Of a DNA stretch of 64,000 bases, positions 13,563-26,572 are shown piece by piece. Numbering within the stretch: the stretch's first letter is position 1; every line of letters begins with the position of its first letter. Source of the DNA: Takakia lepidozioides (taxonomy: Eukaryota; Plantae; Bryophyta). The notes below the pieces were generated by a model. The model saw only the letters and a list, made by a program, of their open reading frames with translations. It was not told where the DNA came from and ran no database searches. The stretch lies in assembly GCA_030704615.1 (NCBI GenBank), contig CM060731.1, positions 82,708,001-82,772,000 on the forward strand, read 5' to 3'. A program made the position numbers and the translations under genes.

Positions 13563-16500
13563 CAGTCGACAGAACTGATATTGGTACCTTTGACCACTTC
13601 CTGGTTTGGACTGAGATCAAAAGGTGTTTTCCCACCACCAAGAGATCTGTGAAACGTTCGATTCGGAAGTGGCGCATTGAAAAATTCCACAATGAGGAGG
13701 TCAAGGCTGAGTACGTCCAGGCCTTGCAAGAGGCTCTCCCTCATTTTGTCCAATCGCTCCAAGAACTTCAGTCACGCTCTGTTAACGCAAGAAATGAAGT
13801 CGAAAGAGCAGTGGACTCTTGGGAGAGTTTCATTTCCTCCGTGGCTGACAAGATCATTGGGAGGAAACTAATTGTCTGCGGTAGAGCAGTTAATTGGTGG
13901 ACTAATGAGATTAAACTCTAGATAGCTGAGAGACGAGCCCTCTATAAAGAGTGCTGCAATTTGGAAACCAACAGAGAATTGTGGGCGAGGTACTACCAGC
14001 TCCGTAAAGATATCAATCAGCTTGTTAGGTCTCAGAAGAAATTATACTGGGACAAGTTATTCAGTGAAATAAACTCAAACCACCATGGTGGTAATGACAA
14101 GAAATTCTGGTTGGCCCTTCAACGTTTGTACAAGCCGAAAAACAGTCAGCAAGTACAAGTGCTGAAGACTACTAAAGGTGCAGTGGTGACTTCATCGGTT
14201 GACATTGTCAAAACCTTTGAAACTCACTACAGTATCCTTGGCAGAACTTCTAGGTCTAACAGTGAGGGGTCTTCTGCTGAATGGAGGGACACAGTTGGAA
14301 AAACTGTTAACGGACAGAAGTCCAACTTCTTTGACATAGACCAAGGTGTAGCTCAAGGATGTACTCTCTCCCCTCTGCTCTTCAATGGTTTCATCAATCA
14401 ACTCCTCGAGGATGTGGAAAGTGAGGGATTTGGGTTAAGGGTGGGTGATACCACCATACCAGCCCTTATGTTTGCGGATGACTTCGCAGGCATAGGGGAG
14501 ACTCCAACCAATCTCCAGGAGTTGATTGATTGCGCGAAGAGATACTTTGATCTTTGGGGGCTAGAGGCTAATGTCAGCAAATGTGCAGTGGTAGCATTCA
14601 ACGACAGAGGAGAGGGAGGAAGTGATCGTAAGTGGCAGTGGGGTAGCCAAGAGATCCCGGTCCTCCCTTCCTACACTTACCTGGCCGTTGAGTTTTCCTC
14701 CAATTGTAATTGGGATGCACATATCCGGAAAGTTGTTCAAACTGGCAAGGGCAAAGCTCTGGGGCTCACTAAATTTTTCCACTGCAGAGGGGAGGTTAAG
14801 AAAACCATGCTTTGTCGCGTTATTAGACCTGCCTTGGAGTACGGATCTGCTATATGGGTTGATAACTCCAACCAAGCTAAGTCTCTAGAATCCATTCAAG
14901 TGGGGGTGCTTAAGGAGTGTATGTCAGCATGCTCCAAAACAGCCAATGTGGCTGTTCGGGGTGAGTTTGGCGTTCCGTCCTTAAGCTCCCGACGAGATGA
15001 ATTCAAGGTCAGATGGTGGGGTCAGCTGCAACATATGCCCAACACCAGATATCCTAAGTTAATCGACTCTATATCTTGGAAACAGGACCGCCCTGTCAAA
15101 CAGGCTAAGTCCTGGCAGAAGAGAGTAGAAGAGATCCTCAAGGACCTGGGCCTGGATCCGCAAGTCTTGACCCTGCTGGATAAATCTGACTTAGAGGCCG
15201 TAGTGTCCTCAGCCATGTCTGTTGCCATGAGATTGTCTGATGAAAATGAAGTTAGGCAGAAAACTTCCCTGAACTTGTTTCCAGTCTGTGACATGGGGGA
15301 GGACATCTTGGATGACCTCAAGGGTCTACCCACTCTCGGCACTAGACTGAAATTTAAACTCAGGGCAGGAAGCCTACCTTTGAACAGCAAACAGAAGCAG
15401 AGAGGAAAGGGAGAGTGCAATTGCCCGTTGTGTGGGCAATCTGAAGACAGTATTCATTTTCTGATACACTGTCCGGGGTTCTCTCACCAAAGAGACGCTC
15501 TCTTCAAATCTATTAAGGGAATTGTGCCTGTACCCCTGTTTACCAACTTTGAAAGTCTCGAGGCTGAGCCAAAAGCCCAGGCCCTCCTGAGGCCTAGTTA
15601 TTGGGCAAATCACACACAGCAGATTGATGCTTGTGTGAAGGGATTTCTAGAGGATATCTGGAAAACCCGGATTAATTCTTTATATGGAGGTAAGTCTTTC
15701 TACCAACGTCAGCCCCTGACAGAGGTAGGTTCTGTCCCTTTTGTTCCCGCTCAAACTGGGCGCGGGGTCAATGGCCACAAGGCTACGGCAAACAACGTCT
15801 TATGAGTACAATCTCTCTCTCTCAGTGTTCCGCTCAAACTGGGCGCGGGGTCAATGGCCACAAGGCTACGGCAAACAACGTCTTATGAGTTCATTCTCTC
15901 TCTCTCGGTGCTGCTGACGCAGACAATGCCTTTGAAGACGTAAAGCGGGCTGTGCTATGTTCCTTGCCGAAGGTCAGGTGGTCTTATCGGGTGACTTCAA
16001 TGCCTGGGTGGGCAAAGGTCTTCACCAGGATGATACCATTGGGCCTTTTGGTGAGGACGAGCTGAATTTTAATGGAAGATGGTTAATAAACTGTCTGGAA
16101 GAACTTCAGCTTTTGACCTTGAACAATAGGTCAAAAGAAGACCAAGTGCAGTGGACTCGTGAGAAAGCCCAAACTGGGGAACAATCCATTGTGGGTTATA
16201 TCATAGTGGACAAGAATTTGTTTCCCCGCTGTGCTAATGTGTTGATCGACAGAACTGATATCGGTACCTCTGACCACTGCCCGGTTTGGATTGAGATATT
16301 TCCCCAACACTAAGAGATCTGTGAAACATTCGATTCGGAAGTGGCACATAGAAAAATTCCAAAATGAAGACGTTAAGGCTGAGTATGTCCAGGCCTCGTA
16401 AGAGGCTCTCCCTCACTTTGTCCATTCACTCCAAGATCTTCAGTCTCGCTCTGGCAATGCAAGAACGGTGGATTCTTGGGAGAGTGTCGTCGCCTCTGTG

Positions 16501-19500
16501 GCTGACAAGATCATTGGGAGGAAACTAATTGTCTGTAGTAGAGCGGTAAATTGTTGGACCAATGAGATCAAACTCAAGATAGCCGAGAGACGAGTCCTCT
16601 TAAAGAGTGCTGCAATTTGAAAGCCAACAATGAAATGTGGGCTAGGTACTACAAGATCCGCAAAGATATCAATCAGTTTGTAAGGTCTCAGAAGAAATTA
16701 TATTGGGACAAGTTGTATAGTGAAATAAACTCAAACCACTATGGTGCTAATGACAAGAGATTCTGGTTAGCCCTTCAACGTCTGTACAAGCCGAAAAAAT
16801 GTCAGCAAGTACAAGCGCTGAGGACTTCTAAGGGCCGCATCTGATGGAGCCTCATCGTATAGGGTCCGGGATGCATTCTCCGGGGCGTCATCATCCTCTA
16901 CCCAACCTCGGCCAGTGGTGACTTCAATGGTTGACATTGTCAAAACCTTTGAAACCCACTACAGTATCCTTGGCAGAAATTCTAGGTCAAACAGTGAGGG
17001 ATCTTCTGAAGAATGGAAGGAGAAAAAACTGTTCCTATGATTCAAGACAGCCCTGATGAACTGGAGTATATTTCAAAGGGTTACAACGCTCCCATTAGTT
17101 CTTCTGAGATTATGAGCATTTAAACGGATATAAAGCTGGTGGATCAGATGGCATAGTCAAGGAGCTTATCAAGCATGGTGGCGACCCTGTGATAGAGGCC
17201 CTTGTACTTCTCTTTAACCTTATCTGGAGGACTGAAATGATCCCTTTTCGCTGGCGACATGGGGTCATTGTCAACTTATACAAGAAAGCTGACAGAGAAG
17301 GGCCGGGGAACTATCGAGGCATTACGCTTCTCAATGCACTTGGCAAGATATTTTACTGAGTTATAAGTACTGGTCTCGAGGTTGATATGGAATCTACTCT
17401 CATCAGAGAGACGACCTCCTCATATCCATCAAGGGAATTGTGCCTGAACCTCTGTTTACCAACTTTGAAGGTCTTAAGGCTGAGCCAAAAGCCCAGGCCC
17501 TTTTGGGGCCTAGTTATTGGGCGAACCACACACAGCAGATTGATGCTTGTGTGTAGGGATTTCTAGAGGATATCTGGCACTAGACTGAATCTAAACTCCA
17601 GGGAGGGAAGCCGGATGCAGAGAGGAAGAGGAGATTGTAATTGCCCGATGTGCGGGCAGCCTGAAGACAATCTCCATTTCCTGATACTCAGAGTACAGGT
17701 TAGATCCCTGGAGAGGGCAACCCACTGACATTCTTTCCTGAAGTCCTCTGTAGCACCATAACATTAGTTGCTCACTGCAAGTAAGCAACCTTCTCATATC
17801 TGCAAGACAACTCCATATCCAGCTCTGTGAGTCCGGACACAAACCCAAAAATTCATAGAAGAAAGGCCTCACCTGCATATGTGGTGTTAGTGAGGATGTG
17901 CAAGGTGAATGACAGGCCCTCTTGCGTGCTATAGCTTTCCAAAATGAATCAATAAGTATAATGTCCAATATCAGAGTATAAACTCCACTTGGGTACAACC
18001 ATGCAAGGGAGTCATAGGAGTAAATCACTTAGCCACCACCACCTGAAGCAATTGAGTAGAAAGAGGCTTAGATTTCTTCAGCAAAGTTGGAGCCAACACC
18101 ACAGCATGATAAAGCCAAGAAGAAATTCCTAGAGGCCTCTCTTGGTCAGAAGATTGTGACAGAAGTACTGTTTCTGTCATACTTCCCTTGTTCATATAGT
18201 GCTTATTAGCAGCTGATAGAACATTACCACTAATTCGACTTCTTAGAGTAAGTGGCTGGAAGTAAGGAGTGCCATTGACTCGAGTTAATCAAGAGTCAAG
18301 TGGTTGGTACTAACTTTGTTCTCATTTTCAGGTTTCCTAATTCTGACGCAATCGCTACAGTAGACCAGCCAGAAGAGCAATGTACATTGACCGGATTATG
18401 TAGAAGGTGTACAAGTATACTCCAGTATGCTGCTGCTACAGGGCCTAGCACAAGATACCAAAGATTAGTTCCCCATCAAATTTCATGTTGGTTCATTAGG
18501 AACCAGCACGGAAGTCCCATTCTCGAATAAGAAAGAATAATCCAGAATAGACTATCAAATTTCTCTGAAGAGAAATATAAGAAACAGATATGTGCTGCTT
18601 TCAAAAGTAAGAGAGAGAGAGAGAGAGAGTTCTCTTTTGTCATCCTTTTGTCACCATTGGCAGTACAGTGCAACCACAACCACACTTACAACCAATTTTG
18701 GGACATGTGAGAAGCTCCCAGAATCAGAAGGTTCTGGACAGTCAACGAATGTTGAGAGATGCATTTCTTTGAAAGGCGAAGAGCCCTATGAATGTCCAAC
18801 CAGAAATCTTTTTGCATGTTTATCTGGAGGATTGCATTTTCATTCACAGCTGCAGATGCTTAGGGAATTATTATTGTCACAATATGCTTGTCTTTTCATG
18901 CCCCACCACAACGTTTTCCTCATATTCACAACTAATGATTGTCCCTCAGTGCTGATTCAATGAATGTCATTGTAGGACTTTACAAGAGAATTTGATTCTT
19001 AGATTTTGGACATGCAGGTACAACTGATTGGATACTGCACCGTTGATTCACTGTTTCTTATCTATGAGTTTGTTGAGAATGGGACCCTTGATCAACATCT
19101 TCACAGCAGCAAAGGTATAGTGACCTTGTTTTGGCAGCTGTTATGTAACTACAAGACTGTTTCTTTAGTATTTATGCTTTTTCAAAGTCCAGGATAAGGA
19201 AAGAAAGAAAGGACGTTTTTACACCTGGAATGTAGCATTTGCCTATAAAATACATCGTCAAGTGCAAAATTCTAAATGTTACACTCGGAGTGTCATGCAT
19301 ACCACGTAAAATCGTTGCTGAAGCTCTTGTTTATGCTGTATGCAAGACCTTTTCATTGGTGCCCAACGGCAACATGTGGTTTATCTTCTGCCCTGAACAG
19401 ACCCAGAACCAAGAAGTGTTATCACATTTTGGATGAGCTAGGTTGTTCTCAGTTCCTGTCCTTGTACAGGCTTAGTTGTTGACGATTTAGAATATACTGT

Positions 19501-21215
19501 AGTAATGTTTTAATTTGAGTCTTTTATGGCTTAGGGAGACCTCCCCTGCCATGGGCGGCAAGAGTTCAGATAGCCCTGGATGCTGCCCGAGGATTGGAGT
19601 ATATTCACGAGCACACGAAGCCAACCTACATTCACCGAGACATAAAGTCCAGCAATATTCTCATTGACAAGCAGCTTCGTGCAAAGGTAAAACCTATCCT
19701 GGAGCTTCTCGTATGGAGCTGCATATTCTCAATTTAATTGCAGTCCCCCGATTTTAAGTTCAATCTCCTTGGTGATCCACATCTTGTATGTTTCTGAGAG
19801 ATGGATGAAGTCTTTAGGCCTGGCACATGCAGGTGGCAGACTTTGGATTAACGAAATTGACCGAATCTGGAATTGGGACCTTGTCTATGACATTGCCAAC
19901 TAGGGTGGTTGGTACATGGGGCTACATGTCTCCTGAGTATGTGTTGCTCTTTGCTAGAAACTGTGTTCTGCATCCTGTAAGCCTTATAAATTTGCTTTCC
20001 GTAGGAATGACATTACTTGCATACCTTCTTTTGGCCTGTTTGTCTCTCAATCGTTTGTTCAGCACTCACAATGCAGTGAGGCTCACAACACAGATGTCAT
20101 GTAGTCATTGAGGAACACTAGTTGTTCTTTCCTTGTCATGTTGCTTTTGGGCTGTTTTATTTCATTTCATTTCATTTCATGTCAGTGCAAAGTTTCTCCA
20201 GTAGGGAGCATTTGCTCCTAGACCTTTGTAGCAGAAACTCACTATGGGCCCAATGGCAGGTATGCGCGGTTTGGAGATGTGTCACCAAAGGTGGATGTCT
20301 ACTCATTTGGGGTGGTTCTGTTTGAAATAATATCTGCAAGAGAAGCCATTGTCCGAGAGAGTGTGACTGTTTCTTCTTCGTCCTCCGTTCCTCGCAAGGA
20401 GGAACAGAGAGCCCTTGTAACTCTGGTGTGCCCATTACCTCCTCTTCAAATGTTGCTCTGCAGTTATTAATTTACTTTCTGCAACTATCCCTAGAGCTGT
20501 TTTTTTACTTATCGGAGGATGAACCCAGCTGGGTTTTCTCAAATTTAATATCTGGATCTGCCGTAACATTGATGAGCGATAGTATCAGAAATCCTTGCCC
20601 TACAGAGAGAAACCCCTGCCTAGTGTCAATCTGACAGAATGTACTGTCTTGTTGCAAAGTTTGGTACTGCACATATCTGCAATGCCTGCCATTCTTCAGT
20701 ACTCAACATAACACAAAGAACTTTATGATGTAATTGGGCCATGTCTGGCCGTGCGTTTGAATTTGTTTGTGTCGTGCTTTCAGTTTGAGGCTGTGTTGAA
20801 GGCATCAGATGGCAAGAAAAGACTAGGGAGCCTCGTGGACCCTGCTCTTGGAAACAATTATCCTCTAGACTCAGCATGGAAGGTGCGTTGGACTCATTTG
20901 AGATGTTGTTCTCTGGGCAAGGTCCACGTTCCTCTTCTCTTGGCCTGGCTGGACGGTGGTTATGCTCTTATTGTAACAAGTCCAGACCAATAGGACAGCT
21001 CTCATTCACCGAATAAGCAGGATTTTTGTTTCATATGTATGAGGTAACAGATGGCGCAGCTAGCGGGAGCATGCACGCAAGAGAACCCTGAGTTGAGGCC
21101 AAGCATGCGGACAGTGGTGGTGGCACTGATGACATTATCGTCATCATCACAGGATTGGGAGATTAGTGCTTTTGCAGGGGATGCAATCGTAGGGGGTGTG
21201 ATTGCAGGACGATAG
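7599..21215 (+). CDS. CERK1: LysM receptor-like kinase of the CERK1/LYK clade; exons 7599-7934, 8510-8831, 10430-10588, 12597-12787, 13411-13500, 19018-19114, 19535-19686, 19833-19936, 20260-20425, 20784-20882, 21051-21215 (about 626 aa)
   Basis: Signal peptide, three LysM domains separated by CQC and CSC motifs, TM helix ([22 protein letters not shown]), [55 protein letters not shown]. All GT-AG junctions are phase-compatible. An extra micro-exon between 8831 and 10430 cannot be excluded; orthology to CERK1 is inferred. Confidence 0.92.
10686..12223 (-). mobile_element. 5'-truncated, 5'-inverted LINE insertion in kinase intron 3 (minus segment 10686-11484, plus segment about 11485-12225)
   Basis: Near-identical to the 13567-15812 copy; 15-bp TSD TGTTTTTGGTATAGA at 10671-10685 and 12224-12238; RT motif FADD on the + part and CPLC..H..C knuckle on the - part. 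Confidence 0.92.
12890..13020 (+). mobile_element. Two short, diverged 3'-end remnants of the same LINE family
   Basis: GGCCACAAGGC..AAACAACGTCT(C/T)ATGAG(T)ACA(A/T)TCTC occurs twice and matches the element terminus at 15770-15815. Confidence 0.75.
13567..15812 (+). mobile_element. LINE (APE-RT-CCHC; clade unassigned, possibly RTEX-like), 5'-truncated, with an in-frame internal deletion; 614-aa ORF at 13961-15805
   Basis: [25 protein letters not shown] and C-terminal [17 protein letters not shown]; flanked on both sides by CTCTCTCTCTCAGT. Confidence 0.92.
15826..15895 (+). mobile_element. About 70-bp 3'-terminal copy of the LINE, in tandem
   Basis: Repeats GTTCCGCTCAAACTGGGCGCGGGGTCAATGGCCACAAGGCTACGGCAAACAACGTCTTATGAG and is followed by CTCTCTCTCTCGGT. 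Confidence 0.85.
15910..17690 (+). mobile_element. Older degenerate copy of the same LINE (endonuclease, linker, RT N-terminus, scrambled C-terminus)
   Basis: [26 protein letters not shown] (APE); [26 protein letters not shown] (RT N-terminus); stops and frameshifts; homologous to 13567-14300 and 15340-15660. Confidence 0.85.
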
Positions 21216-22947
21216 CACAACATACACAAGTACTGTAGCATCATCTTTCACCTTTGATTGACCCTTGTCTCTCTTCCTTTGTCCTTCGAATGAGGGATTT
21301 GGGGTTGGGTGCGTTGATGTGTAACATAACATACAGAGCCTTGCTACTGTCCATTGTCCAGACAAGAACATCAACAGTTCTTGACAAGCACTGCACAGTC
21401 ATTGTTATCCAGCTTTCTGCACCACCTGTGCACTTGATTAACAATGATACTAACCAGAAACACAACCATTGACTTGGTGTGGATTCTCCTCAATACAAAG
21501 AATAGAGGCAGATGATTGGACTTAACAACACTGTTCTGGAAAGAAAGCAAAGCCATTAGCAGGCACATGTGCCTGTTTCCACATTGTTGTAGTTATTGGA
21601 AGACAAGAAGCATTGATAGCCAATGGGCACTGTCACTTATAAGTGTCCTTGCTTAAAAAATCTGATGGCTTTGTTGGATGCTATATAGTTATGTTGCTTG
21701 GACAACCCAGCAGGAACTGGTTGCAATGCCTGCAACAACCCAAAAGAGTGTGTGACCTGGATAATTAGCTTGTTGTACCTCTGTGTGAATTGAACTTGGA
21801 TATTTTGATGTGCTCTAGGACTTGATCTGCCTTGATAGGCCCATTGTCGGCCAATCTTTCTCACCCTCCCTCTCCTTCCTGAGATTTGCCAAGCATTGCC
21901 TTCTGTGTATTCTATACTTTCCCACTCTCATGTCCTGTGCAGTCTGTTTGAGAGAATCCAATTCACAGTCTCTCCTGATAGGGTAGACAGGCCTATGACC
22001 GTTCATCTAATGATGGCGGAAGATCTAACGGTGAATTATTTTCGTTTTTACCCCGGATAAAATTGATAAGATGCCCCACATCCAGGGCATCCCAACACAC
22101 TTGGAAGTGAGTGATTTCATGAAGTCCACACAAAGTTGTGGGGTTTCAAAGTTGAACCAATCAGAAAGCTTGTGTGAACCTTGGGCCCTATGACCAATCA
22201 CCTTTTTTGGGGGTTCTATCAAACAACTGTTTGCCAAGTGGCAAAACTGAGCAGTCTTGGGCCCAGCAATGGTAGCTCATGCGGCCTGACCCGAGCAGTT
22301 ATGAGGTGACCGGTCATAGGTGCTATAACGGTCATAGGATGTTTTACCCTACTAGTGTACTATACAAACATATCGTATGCCTGCAGGTGGATGACTCATT
22401 CATCGTTGTTTTCTTCATCCATCCAACGAAGGAAATTCTGGGAGCGTGCGAGGATAGGTTTCACCGCAGGATTTTTTACCGTCCGATAATACCGCAACTT
22501 TTGACTGCCAGCCTTATCCCATGGCAATTCATAGAATGCGAGCCAGGCTACCGCATTCCGGCACGTGGCATATACTTTATCCAGTACATGTTACGCCTTG
22601 GTGGGTGACCTGGAGTCGCCGGTGGCACCGGTTCTTTCCCGATCTGTTGTTCCTCGGGGTGGAGTGGCCGGGGATCTGTTTCCTCGGGTCACAGAATCTT
22701 TTCCGGCGTGACTGGACACGGGTGCAGCCAGTGGCAAGGGGGTCCCTTATCCGCACAATCCAATGGGCGACCCTGCCCGTCTTATCACGGCCCCGAGAAA
22801 TCGCGGGGCTGCCCGAACCCGTCTGCCCGACGGGCATGGCCATAGAAAGCACAGCGCTGTGGATTACCAGCGTCTTGCTTTCTTCTCTGTCTGCCTCCCT
22901 CGCTGCCCTCTGGATTGTGCGTGCTGCGTTTGTGTGGATCTGTAGCA

Positions 22948-24230
22948 ATGGCGACCGCAGTTGCATCCATGGCAGGTCTGCGCGGCGCTTCACAGGTGGT
23001 TCTGGAGGGAGGTCTTGTGAGCTCCACCAATGCTCGCGTGTTAAGCAGCAACATCAGCAGCAGCAGCAGAGTGGCTGTGTGTGCTGCGGGAAAGCCCGTT
23101 GTGGTGGCTGCGCTCTCTCAACAGAGCGAGGAATTGCATGCGCAGAGCCAGAGCCGGCGCTCTGTCTTGAGCCTGTTGGCCGCCTCTGTGGCTGCCACTG
23201 CCTTCGTAAAGGATGCCCATGCCGCGGCCACTTCCATCAAGCTGGAAGGGCCCCCACCGCCATCCGGTGGCCTACGTATGTTCTCTTTCCTCGACCACTT
23301 CAAACCTTTGTTTTTGAGTCCACTGATTCACGAGATGGCTTCATGTTTGATTCTTTTTACGACCTGGGGACTCCGTCCGCAAAGATACATTGGCATTGTA
23401 TGGAAGAGAGGACATATTTCATTTGAGTAGACTTGGCCAAATACAGCCACGTCCTTATTAGTCCTGTGTACTCGCACCGATCCCAGCATGTAGGTAGATT
23501 CCGAGTCTAGAGGCCGTGTGTGCGTTGCTGCGATGTACCCTGCATTGTTATCATGTCATTTGGTGTATATGAATACGCTGCCTGTGCTCGTCATATTTCT
23601 GATACTTGTTCCAATGGAAATGCGCAGCCGGTACTGAGAATTCCGACCAGGCCCGGGACACTGACCTACCACTCAAGGAGCGCTTTTTCATTCAGCCTAA
23701 GACCCCAATTGAGGCAGCTGCCCGTGCCAAGGAATCCGCGAAGGACATTGTCGGCGTGAAGGATTTGATCGCGAAGAAGGCGTGGCCATATGTCCAGAAT
23801 GGCCTGCGTTCCTCTGCTGGCTACTTGCGCTACGACTTGGCCACTATCATTTCTTCCAAGCCGAAAGAGGAGAAAAAAACTTTGAAGGCCCTGTCTGCCA
23901 AGCTGTTCGATTCTCTTGATGCTGTGAGTTTCATCCATTGTATACTTATATGAACGCCTCGGATATGCCACTTTTGTTGTTTAAGTGGATTAGAGGACAG
24001 ACTTATAAATCACGGAGGTAGAAGCTCTTGGAGCCTGCACTTTCGTCTTCGGCAGTATGGAACCAAGCGTTTTTCCTCATAATGACAAATATCATTTGGT
24101 TTCTTAAACGTTTGTGGTCATGTGGATGCAGCTGGATTTTGCGGCCAGGTCCAAGAGCCCAGTCAAGGCGGAGAAATCCTATGCTGAGGCTGTTAACATC
24201 TTGAACGACGTCCTTGCCAAGATAGCCTAG
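22948..24230 (+). CDS. PSBQ: Oxygen-evolving enhancer protein 3 (PsbQ), chloroplast precursor; exons 22948-23275, 23628-23923, 24132-24230
   Basis: Transit peptide with twin-arginine SRRSVL and AHA cleavage site; [50 protein letters not shown]; clean GT-AG phases; ends VLAKIA*. Confidence 0.96.
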
Positions 24231-25350
24231 AGTGGATCTTAATCTTACCTGAATGTAAATGCTTAAAATGTCATCTCCTACGCTGCCAGTAGCCTTTACC
24301 TGTACCATTACATTATTTATGTGGGATACTGGTCCATCATTGTTGGTTGGCCAGCCTTTCGGCATCTCATGAATGCAACCTTCTGTGAAAAGATGCCAAG
24401 GTGCACTGGTTTCTTGAGTGATATAGAGGCTCACTTCCATGTGGTCTGTGATAGTGGCATAGCATCAAAACATCATCTCTCTCGAGGGATCCAAGGTAAT
24501 CAACATATGCAAATGGTCATCTATGTCACTTGTACTTCCGCGTGTGTATATTAACATGTGTACACTACACCATATACAGTTCCAACTGTAAGACTGCGAA
24601 GAGCATGATCAGCAGTCACTCACTAAACTGCCACTCTATCACTATTTTAGTGAGGCACTCGAGCTAGATAGTGTGTGAGTTGGCAAGAGCCCCAGCCGAA
24701 AACCACCTTATCCATAGTAGAGTAATGGCTCGAGGTTGCGGTGGCAGATCGCTGATCGTGGGCCACCTCCCCAGGTGGTACCAAGAAGAGACTCTTAATC
24801 CATCTCCAAGCGTGCTGTAGATAGTGCAGGAGTGGGGCGAAATTTGGAATACCGGAAGCCGGTCACTATTTTGAAGTGCGAGAATGTGCTGCTGGGGACG
24901 CAGGGCCGTGCTATTTTGAAGATAGAGCGCCAAAAAACCCTGCTGCTGGTCATGCTCTAACAGTCTTTCATTTGGCACCTACACCACAAAGGTGTGGCAT
25001 TTGCTGTAAACTGAAAAGATGCCATCCCATGTTCAGAACACATGTCCGCCATTCCCACCTTACTATACCTAGACCTATAGTCAACAATAACAAGAACATT
25101 CTCTGATGTTAATTACGATGGTGAAACTGGCAAGATCAACCTTCCTATCAAAGATATGTGGTTCACAGTTACAATAAAACCTCTGCTGAAAAAGGCTTCA
25201 CGGGTACAGCCAACAATCTTGCTGCTACATTTGTTATTCATGAAACAAAGCGGACAGGGGTACCCTTGAAGACAAGATATACTTAGAACAGAATTTCTGA
25301 CAAGATCCTGGCAAAACAAAGACTCGTGAATGCTGTACAACTTTTATAGC

Positions 25351-26572
25351 CTATGCAAAGCGTCCAGGAGTGCCATGTACAGTATGTTGGAGGACTAAAC
25401 AGGTGCCTGTCAAGACAGAGGGTGATCCACCACTCAGCTGGGTGCGTGGGGGTGCAGAAACTCCAAATTTCATCAGATGCAGGGCTTCAAAGATGGGCCT
25501 TAATTGCACTATCACCTGTGCATCCAGGTAATGCTCACAGGCAAAGCACCAAACTGACAAGTCGCTGCCATCAACTCACCAAAGATTAAAGATCAGGCCT
25601 TACAAGATATGCAATGCAGAATCTATTAAACAGAACATCCAATGAAGGATACATAGCTGAAACTGTTTATCTACGAAGCTGGTAATTGAGAACCTTGGGG
25701 ACACTTGCCCTACAAACTTTGGACAAATGAAGGTAACATTCTGACGCAGTGTAGACCTAGATGTCTATATTGATACATGTGCTTCTTTATTAGTCGGGTG
25801 TGTTTGGTTAAGCAGTGCCATGGGGGTTGAGTATAAGTGCAGGCAGACCTTCCAATCACTCAGTAATTTGAACAAGGTTTGGCCACTGAAGACGTGTGCT
25901 GAATAAAACTGCTAACCTGGAATTGCCAGTGCCCGGCAGCTCCCCTGCCCCTGCCCTTTGTTCATTGCAATTTGCCACAACTATGTTCTTTGGCACTTAC
26001 TTAGGAGCCAAAGCCAAGGTCCCTCATTAGCATCTGTTTGATGAAATATCACACAAGATTAGGAATGGGCTTACCGGAAGCCTATGGCCAGGGGGTGATC
26101 AGCCTCCTGGGAGTGAGCCAGCATATGAGCATTGATGTAGCGTCCACAATATACCTCCTTACAGCTTAGGCAGAGCCAATTCTCATTTGGTTCTCCGCAG
26201 CTTCCACATCACACAGATAAGTCCAGTCCAGCACAAATATCTAAGCAGGGTACTCCATATCAAAGACAATATTACCACATTGTGACGAGCAGCTAAACCC
26301 ATTGATGTGGTCAGATTAAATTGGTGAAGTGATGTGCTTAATCTGGGAAATTCCAAGTATTCATGAAACTGCAAATATCATCTCTTTAGTGACAAAAGGA
26401 GGGTTTACAATTTTTATGCCAACAGAATTTTTGGGCAGAAGCCTGCAATGTGCTTACTTAGAACATGGAGAATCAAAGCGTGGTAGGTCTTGCAAATTTG
26501 AAGTGAGACGGTGGAGATGAGGGCACTCTGTGCATGCTTCCACCCAGCCGGCTGTCTCTCCCTGAGCATCCC
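25351..26572 (-). CDS. Stand-alone ZnF-UBP (HDAC6-type ubiquitin-binding zinc finger) protein; exons about 26572-26458, 26200-26075, 25564-25351; 5' exon not resolved
   Basis: Spliced translation GWVEACTECPHL..PCSNCGEPNENWLCLSCKEVYCGRYINAHMLAHSQEADHPLAIGFRDLSVWCFACEHYL..HLMKFG fits the zf-UBP pattern. Confidence 0.85.

Noticed and set aside
17591-18028. 145-aa minus-strand ORF in the kinase intron
   Set aside because: Partly antisense to LINE debris, with no identifiable homology.
22521-23426. 301-aa ORF overlapping PsbQ
   Set aside because: Alternative frame of the GC-rich PsbQ promoter and exon 1; no recognisable motifs.
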